From contig JAZDOD010000008.1 of the NCBI GenBank assembly GCA_043798995.1, positions 25,327-89,326 on the forward strand: a stretch of DNA of 64,000 bases, read 5' to 3'. Positions 58,671 through 64,000 of this stretch are shown one piece after another. A program made the position numbers and the translations under genes. A model generated the notes under the pieces. It was not told the origin of the DNA and searched no databases. It worked only from the letters and a program-made list of their open reading frames with translations. Source of the DNA: a bacterium (GTDB lineage Bacteria > Patescibacteriota > Patescibacteriia > JAACEG01 > JAGUWE01). Each line of letters begins with the position of its first letter. The first letter of the stretch is position 1.

Positions 58671-58716
58671 ATCCTGAAATAAACTTGTCCTGATGAAAAT
58701 CAGGACTCAGGATGAC
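58671..58716. repeat. GTCA-tailed REP-like hairpin with a nested CTTG-tailed hairpin
   Basis: atcctgaaataaa[cttgtcctgatgaaaatcagga]ctcaggatgac, lying after the bidirectional terminator at 58622-58660. Confidence 0.7.
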
Positions 58717-58724
58717 ACTAGGTG

Positions 58725-60974
58725 TTATTTTATAAAATCTGCGGTGATTTGGTAGAGCTGCTGGTCGCTAAGAAGGTATATCCCTTTATTTTTTTTATTA
58801 ACAGTAAAATCTTTTAAATTGGAAAATTTTTCGCTGTAATACTGGATAATAAATTTGCCGTTTTTATCGGTAATGACTAATCTTTTTTGCGCCGGTTCCA
58901 GGATATAAATATACTGATCATCAAGTGAGGTATAAATTTTCGTCGGATTAGTCAAGGCCGGCTCTAAATCTTTGATGACAAAATTCTGTTTTTTACCGGT
59001 ATAAAATTTTAAGATTTCGCCGTTATTTTTAAGAAGATAAATGTTTAAGTCAATGGCCATTGAAATCGTGCCACTTAAATCAATATTTTTTTCCGTCAGC
59101 CAATTTTTTGGATTAGTAAAGCCGGCTTCAATTATTTGATATTTATAAATCTGATTATTTTTACTGTCAACTAAATAGAGTTTATTGTTATAGATTTCAA
59201 AATCAGCGATTTCGGCATTGCCCGGCAGCTTTATTTCCTGGGGCGTCAGGGTTTTATCAGCCAAATTTAATTTAGTTAATTTATTATCATCCCGGTGGAG
59301 AAAAAGAATTGCTTTGGCCGACGCGTCATAGGTTGCGGCATTTTTAAATTCACCGATATTAAGCGGAGTGTAATTTATTAGGGAGATTTTTTTATTTGCC
59401 GAATCAATCTGATAAATTTTATTACCCTGGGCCTGCCAAGCAAAGAGTCCGCCGTTATATTCAAGTATTTTATCTATTGAAGAGCCGTTTAATTCCTTGG
59501 CAAAATCCAGAAAAGGGGCATTTTCCAAAATATTGACCAAATGTTTTAGTTTTTGATCCATAGCTTTAATCTCAGCGGACAGCTTTTCAAATTCTTTTTG
59601 CTGGTCAGCATTATTTTTCGGCAGTTGTTCTAAAAGGGTAAGGGCCTCTTTGATGTTTTGCTTGGCTTTAGTTTCATTTTTATAAATCAGGCTTGATTCA
59701 GCCAAGTTTTTCTTTTCCTCAATTTGAGAAACCATTTGTTTGAAAAGATTTTTATTTTTTTCTTGATTTTGGTTCTGGCCCAGGAAGAATAAACTGACAA
59801 TAAAAAGAATAATGAAAATCAGGCCGAAAATCAGCAACGCCTTGCTGAAGCGAGGTATTTTTTTAATGGTAATAATTTTAGTGTCAATTTTTTTCAGTTT
59901 TTGCTGGGACCATTTTTCAACCAATTTATCTCTTTCCGGCTTTTCCATTTTAACAATTGTTTTTGTTTTTTTAAGGGATTTAAAGATTTTTTTAAAGAAC
60001 CGCTTTATTTTTTGCCAAAGAGAATATCTCGGCTGGGATTTTTCAATTTGTTGGGGCAAAGCAGTGATTTTTTCTTGAGCAAGCGGTTTTTTTCTGCCGA
60101 ACAATTTTGCCAAAAAACTTGGCTTTGATTTTTTTTCTTCGGGAAGTCCGGGAATTTTTTTAATTTCCGGCAAGGTCATTTTTTCCGAACCAACTTTGGG
60201 CATAGTCTCAATGCCAATTGTCCGGGTTTCTTCAAAATAATCTTTTTCAAGCCTGAGATTAAAAATAATGAAACTAAAAGGGATTCTTTCATCAACTTCA
60301 ACCAGAAGCGATTTGAAATGTTCAACTAATTTATCCGCCGGCAATGCCGTGGCGGCATTTTTTAATTTATCCAAGGAAATATAATCTAAAATAGCGTAGT
60401 TGCTCAAAACCAAATAATCTTCGTTGGCTAATTTGCCGCTTATAATGTTGGAGAAAAATTTAAAAGGGTTTGGTTTGGCAGTTTCGGGGTCAGCTGATTT
60501 ATTGATCCGAGTAATTTTATAGTTTTTGTAGCCGATTTTTTGGATTAAAATCATTTCAATTTTGCCCGTCTGGCTAAAATGGATATTGAAACTGATTTTT
60601 TTGTCGCTATAATCCGGCTGGATAATGCCGATTATAACATTAATTTTGCCCAGATCAAATAAGGTTTTTTCTCCTTGAATAAGGCGGTGGATTTTTTTAT
60701 TAAGCTGATAAAGAAAATCCTCAAATAAATCTTCTAGGGGTTTATTTACCTCTAAATTTTCTAAAGTATAAAAATTGTTCTGGGCTTCATTGGCAATTAG
60801 ATTAATTATTTTTTGATTAAAATCATCAGTGGCCGGCATTTCAACCAAACAAAAAATTATGCCAATTTTTTTCTCCTGTAAAATTGTGGGAGTGGCAACA
60901 AAAATTTTGCTTAAGGCCTTACTTTCCTGCGGATTGTTGATGATAAAATTGGCTTGGGATAAACGGCTGAGCAT
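58725..60974 (-). CDS. Membrane protein: degenerate PP2C-like N-terminal domain, TM, coiled coil, C-terminal beta-propeller
   Basis: NIISGKLANEDYLVLS; one TM segment; repeated LYLVDSKNNQIYKY / IYILEPAQKRLVI blades. Confidence 0.6.
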   Translation of the reverse strand: MLSRLSQANFIINNPQESKALSKIFVATPTILQEKKIGIIFCLVEMPATDDFNQKIINLIANEAQNNFYTLENLEVNKPLEDLFEDFLYQLNKKIHRLIQGEKTLFDLGKINVIIGIIQPDYSDKKISFNIHFSQTGKIEMILIQKIGYKNYKITRINKSADPETAKPNPFKFFSNIISGKLANEDYLVLSNYAILDYISLDKLKNAATALPADKLVEHFKSLLVEVDERIPFSFIIFNLRLEKDYFEETRTIGIETMPKVGSEKMTLPEIKKIPGLPEEKKSKPSFLAKLFGRKKPLAQEKITALPQQIEKSQPRYSLWQKIKRFFKKIFKSLKKTKTIVKMEKPERDKLVEKWSQQKLKKIDTKIITIKKIPRFSKALLIFGLIFIILFIVSLFFLGQNQNQEKNKNLFKQMVSQIEEKKNLAESSLIYKNETKAKQNIKEALTLLEQLPKNNADQQKEFEKLSAEIKAMDQKLKHLVNILENAPFLDFAKELNGSSIDKILEYNGGLFAWQAQGNKIYQIDSANKKISLINYTPLNIGEFKNAATYDASAKAILFLHRDDNKLTKLNLADKTLTPQEIKLPGNAEIADFEIYNNKLYLVDSKNNQIYKYQIIEAGFTNPKNWLTEKNIDLSGTISMAIDLNIYLLKNNGEILKFYTGKKQNFVIKDLEPALTNPTKIYTSLDDQYIYILEPAQKRLVITDKNGKFIIQYYSEKFSNLKDFTVNKKNKGIYLLSDQQLYQITADFIK

Positions 60975-61076
60975 AAAGTCTTGCGATTAAGAATTGTTTA
61001 TATTATACTATAAATGTGTCAAAAAGACAAAAAGCTTAAAGGTTTAAAGGCAGCTTTCAAACCGAGGTGATAATTT

Positions 61077-61679
61077 ATGCTTGAACAATTATTTGGCTCA
61101 AAAACAAGGGTAAGATTGCTGCGGCTTTTTTTATCCAATCCGGATAACAGTTATTATATTAGGGAGTTAGCAAGAAAAGTCGGAGTGCAAATCAATGCCA
61201 TCAGGCGTGAGCTTATCAATTTGCAAAAAATAGGCCTGCTTAATTCTTACCAGCCGCCGGCAAGCTCAAATCAGGATAAGCTTAAGAATTATTTTAAAGT
61301 GGACACTAATTTTGTTCTTTTTAATGAACTGCGGACTTTATTTTTAAAATCGCAATTATTAATGGAAAGGAAGCTTTTATCCGAAATTGAAAAAGTCGGC
61401 AACATCAGTTATTTGGCTTTAACCGGAACCTTTTTGGGACTGAATAATTCACCAACCGATTTATTAATTATAGGCCGAGTTAATAGGGGAAAATTGGCCA
61501 GTTTGATAAAAAAGTTTGAAAAAGATATGGATTGCGTTATTAATTATACGATAATGAGCCGAGAGGAATTTAAATACCGAAAAGACATAACTGACAAATT
61601 TTTATACCACATTTTAGAAAACAAAAAAATTGTGGTGATTGATAAAATCAAGCAAGAGATTGACCTTGACAAGGAGTAA
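61077..61679 (+). CDS. Winged-helix protein with degenerate nucleotidyltransferase-like C-terminal domain
   Basis: LFGSKTRVRLL...YYIRELAR...INAIRRELINL; LTGTF...TDLLIIG. Confidence 0.75.
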   Translation: MLEQLFGSKTRVRLLRLFLSNPDNSYYIRELARKVGVQINAIRRELINLQKIGLLNSYQPPASSNQDKLKNYFKVDTNFVLFNELRTLFLKSQLLMERKLLSEIEKVGNISYLALTGTFLGLNNSPTDLLIIGRVNRGKLASLIKKFEKDMDCVINYTIMSREEFKYRKDITDKFLYHILENKKIVVIDKIKQEIDLDKE

Positions 61680-61694
61680 TGTTTTGTTTAAAAT
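61666..61694 (+). promoter_or_regulatory. Promoter of tRNA-Tyr/plsC
   Basis: TTGACA, 17 bp, TAAAAT. Confidence 0.7.
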
Positions 61695-61709
61695 AAGGGA
61701 GTTAAAAAA

Positions 61710-61850
61710 TATAAATCCAAATATCAAAATCCGAATTACAAACCAAGCTCAAAACTCAAAATCTAAAACATTTGGCATTGAGATTTTGGATTTTCCGCCA
61801 GAGGCGGATCTGCCCCTGGCACGAGATTTGACATTTGAGCTTTGGATTTA
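61710..61850. repeat. Divergent heptamer arrays with an embedded double-hairpin element (61794-61824)
   Basis: aatccaaatatcaaaatccg...aagctcaaaactcaaaatct and tttgacatttgagctttggattt; tccgccagaggcggatctgcccctggcacga. Confidence 0.75.
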
Positions 61851-61867
61851 AGGTCTAATTTAATATT

Positions 61868-61950
61868 GGGTAGGTACCAAAGCGGTCAACTGGACCTGAC
61901 TGTAAATCAGGTGGCTTCGGCCTTCGGGGGTTCGAATCCCTCCCTGCCCA
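61868..61950 (+). tRNA. tRNA-Tyr (GTA), CCA not encoded
   Basis: Acceptor gggtagg/cctgccc plus discriminator A; anticodon arm cctga-ctGTAaa-tcagg; long variable arm; GGTTCGAATCC T-loop. Confidence 0.96.
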
Positions 61951-61952
61951 CT

Positions 61953-62597
61953 ATGCTTTACGCTTTTTTTCAAAAAACAATTTGGCCCATTGGGAGGGCG
62001 CTTTTTTGGTTTTTCCTGCATCTTCGCGTTGAAGGCGGAGAAAACTTCCGAAATCCCCGCCAGCAAATACTTGTCATCTGCAATCACCGCAATTTAATTG
62101 ATTCTTATTTAGCCAGCGGTTCCCTTCCTTTTCGCTATTTTTTATTGTCCAGAACTTTTCGTTACCCAGCTTTAAAAAAATATACTAACTCGCCATTTTA
62201 TTGTTTTATTCGTCTTTTTGGCTCTTATCCGATAGAAATTGGGGTTGGCTATGAGAAAGCCTTGGTCTACACTGAGAGGTTAATTAAAAAAGGGCAGAAC
62301 ATTTTTATCTTTCCCGAAGGCAAGGTTGCTAAAGACGGTCATCCTTTGCCCGCCAAACCCGGCGTGGCCTATTTGGCCAAAAAATATAATTTGCCAATTT
62401 TACCAATAGCAAGCGAAGGCACCCGCGGCCTTAACCCCGTTAGGTTTTTTTTAAGAAAAAATCGCGTTCACGTTCAAATTGGACCAAAATTTTATTATCA
62501 GGATGTAGTTCACGAAAACGACGACGTTAAAGTAGCAGCGCAAAAAATTATGGATCGAGTAAATCAGATGCTGTATCATAATAAATTAAAAATTTAA
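61953..62597 (+). CDS. plsC: 1-acyl-sn-glycerol-3-phosphate acyltransferase family (lysophospholipid acyltransferase)
   Basis: CNHRNLID (HX4D), IFPEG, KPGVAYLA, LPILPI; start at ATG 61953. Confidence 0.85.
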   Translation: MLYAFFQKTIWPIGRALFWFFLHLRVEGGENFRNPRQQILVICNHRNLIDSYLASGSLPFRYFLLSRTFRYPALKKYTNSPFYCFIRLFGSYPIEIGVGYEKALVYTERLIKKGQNIFIFPEGKVAKDGHPLPAKPGVAYLAKKYNLPILPIASEGTRGLNPVRFFLRKNRVHVQIGPKFYYQDVVHENDDVKVAAQKIMDRVNQMLYHNKLKI

Positions 62598-62612
62598 AAT
62601 GCAAAAATTTCA

Positions 62613-62767
62613 CCCCGCACCTTTCCTAAAGAAAGATTAACTCTTATTAGAACAAGGAGCCGTAAGGCGGCTTCGCCCCGCAGTAGAGCGCTTCGCTCTC
62701 ACTACGGGGCTTCGCCTTTCTTCCAATTTTAATTGTAGACCTATCGTTGGGAAAGGTGCGGGGCAAG
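62613..62767. mobile_element. MITE-like element with ccccgcacctttcc ends and a nested ccccg hairpin
   Basis: ttca|ccccgcacctttcc...ggaaaggtgcgggg|caag inside a heptamer array; interior homologous to 37260-37372. Confidence 0.8.
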
Positions 62768-62804
62768 AAATGACATTTTAAAATTAAAAATTTAAAAACT
62801 CCTT

Positions 62805-64000
62805 TTATTCAAGGAGTTTTTGGTTTTTATATATTTCAATTTCTATTTCCTTTAATTTGATTTGCGCTGATTTTAATTTTTCTTTACTTAGTTTTAGTTC
62901 GACCTTAGCGAGTTTTTCTATAATTTTTTTTTGCTGGCTGATTAGTTTTTCCTGTTTTGGGGCGTGGATTTTTAAAGCAATCATTGTTTTCCAGTCAATT
63001 TTGTTTTGGGAGCGATAATTTCTGATCTCGGTAACAATATTTTTTATGATTTCAAATTGAGCCTCGGCATTTTTATCAATTAATTTTTCCTCTGCTTTGG
63101 GCCAGTTTTCAATAATGAGCATTTTCTTTTCACCAAACCCCGCATCAGAGCAAACACGGTGCGGGGCAAGCGATTGCCAGATTGTTTCGCTGACAAAAGG
63201 GATAAAAGGATGAAGCAGTTTTAAAAGATTTAGATAACAATTTTTAAGCAATTCATAATTTTTTTCAATTTTACTGATTTCAACCGACCAGTCAGCCAGT
63301 TCGTGCCAGCTGAATTCATAAAGTTCTTCAATAGCCGCGGAAAACTGGAAGCTATCAAATTTTTCGGTAACTGATTTTATTAAATTATGGAAACGGCTTA
63401 AAAGCCATTGGTCGGCTAAAGTTTTTGCTTCAATTTTGTTTTGTTTTGAAACAAATTCCTGAAGTTGAATAAAGCGGCCGATGTTATAAAGCTTGTTAAT
63501 GAATTTGGCATAGCCGGCGATTTTTTCCGGAAGAATTTTAATGTCCGCCCCGGCGGCAGTGCCGATAATTAAACTTAAACGCAAAGCATCAGCGCCGTAT
63601 TTTTCAACCACGGAAATCGGATTAACCGAGGTTTCGGGGCGGGATTTGCTCATCTTTTGCCCTTGTTTGTCCCGAATTAAACCATGAAGATAAACTGTTT
63701 CAAATGGTTTTTCGCCTAAAGCATAATAGCTGGCAATTATCATCCGCGCCACCCAAAAAAATAAAATATCATAGCCGGTTTCCATGACGCTCGTCGGGTG
63801 GAATCTTTCTAAGTAAGATTTTTTTTCCTTTTCGTCTTTTTGATTTTTGTCCGCCGGTTGACGGATTAATTTTTGATTTTGAGCGCAAGCGTTCGGCCAG
63901 CCAAGAGTTGAAAAAGTCCAAAGCGCCGAGGAGAACCAAGTGTCAAGTGTATCCGGATCCTGGATTAAGTTTTTACTTTTGCATTTTGGGCAAGCCGCTG
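62805..64000 (-). CDS. valS: Valine--tRNA ligase (5' part beyond the window)
   Basis: Frame open to the window edge: DPDTLDTWFSSALWTFSTLGWP...TGYDILFFWVARM...KMSKS...YGADALR...LHPFIPF. Confidence 0.95.
   Translation of the reverse strand, partial: AACPKCKSKNLIQDPDTLDTWFSSALWTFSTLGWPNACAQNQKLIRQPADKNQKDEKEKKSYLERFHPTSVMETGYDILFFWVARMIIASYYALGEKPFETVYLHGLIRDKQGQKMSKSRPETSVNPISVVEKYGADALRLSLIIGTAAGADIKILPEKIAGYAKFINKLYNIGRFIQLQEFVSKQNKIEAKTLADQWLLSRFHNLIKSVTEKFDSFQFSAAIEELYEFSWHELADWSVEISKIEKNYELLKNCYLNLLKLLHPFIPFVSETIWQSLAPHRVCSDAGFGEKKMLIIENWPKAEEKLIDKNAEAQFEIIKNIVTEIRNYRSQNKIDWKTMIALKIHAPKQEKLISQQKKIIEKLAKVELKLSKEKLKSAQIKLKEIEIEIYKNQKLLE
63138..63170. repeat. 33-nt ccccgca-type hairpin inserted in frame in valS (APHRVCSDAGF)
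   Basis: ccccgcatc...ggtgcgggg+caag; same termini as the 21717 and 62613 elements. Confidence 0.8.

Noticed and set aside
61639-61952. ORF 61639-61851 and the 37-aa N-terminal extension of plsC
   Set aside because: They translate heptamer/palindrome repeats and the tRNA-Tyr gene.
63786-63900. Possible frameshift in valS at the poly-T / repeat region
   Set aside because: Manual translation stays in frame from LGWP through the insertion to YLERFHPTSVMETG; the ORF-track start at 63785 is an edge artefact.

Overview
AT-rich chromosomal segment of a Patescibacteria/CPR (Parcubacteria-like) bacterium. The assignment is inferred from gene content: lineage-typical hypothetical membrane proteins, a Lys-rich RpoD N-terminus, a Memo-CapA fusion, minor-pilin clusters and mostly SD-less starts. 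Housekeeping content: rml (dTDP-rhamnose) cluster, murA, S41 protease, rplI, pyrG, def, a type IV pilin/PilM cluster, dnaG-rpoD-gap, recJ-rnhA, RNase P RNA, sugar transferase-mraY-murD-ftsW, uvrB-uvrA-uvrC, L10 leader-rplJL, tRNA-Tyr(GTA)-plsC and the 3' part of valS. I saw no transposase, integrase, reverse transcriptase or CRISPR array. The most striking signal is a dense set of short non-autonomous structured elements: (A) a 3-copy ~90-nt element with covarying stems and an invariant core; (B) a ~100-nt element ending in CTTGATAATA, including a head-to-tail junction; CCCCG-terminated MITE-like elements with a conserved interior but swapped terminal stems; 15+15-nt double hairpins; CTTG-tailed hairpins; and heptamer arrays. 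They sit in frame inside murD, uvrC, valS and a surface-protein gene, match peripheral helices of RNase P RNA, rewrite stop codons and abut a -35 box. Also notable: a locus of surface proteins that appear to be shuffled at conserved DNA blocks next to the pilin cluster, a highly structured ~200-nt leader before an orphan double zinc-finger gene, boxA-like motifs plus strong SD sites before accessory genes, a CCA-less tRNA abutting the plsC start codon, and a translin/TRAX-like protein. All product calls come from motif recognition by eye; no database searches were run.
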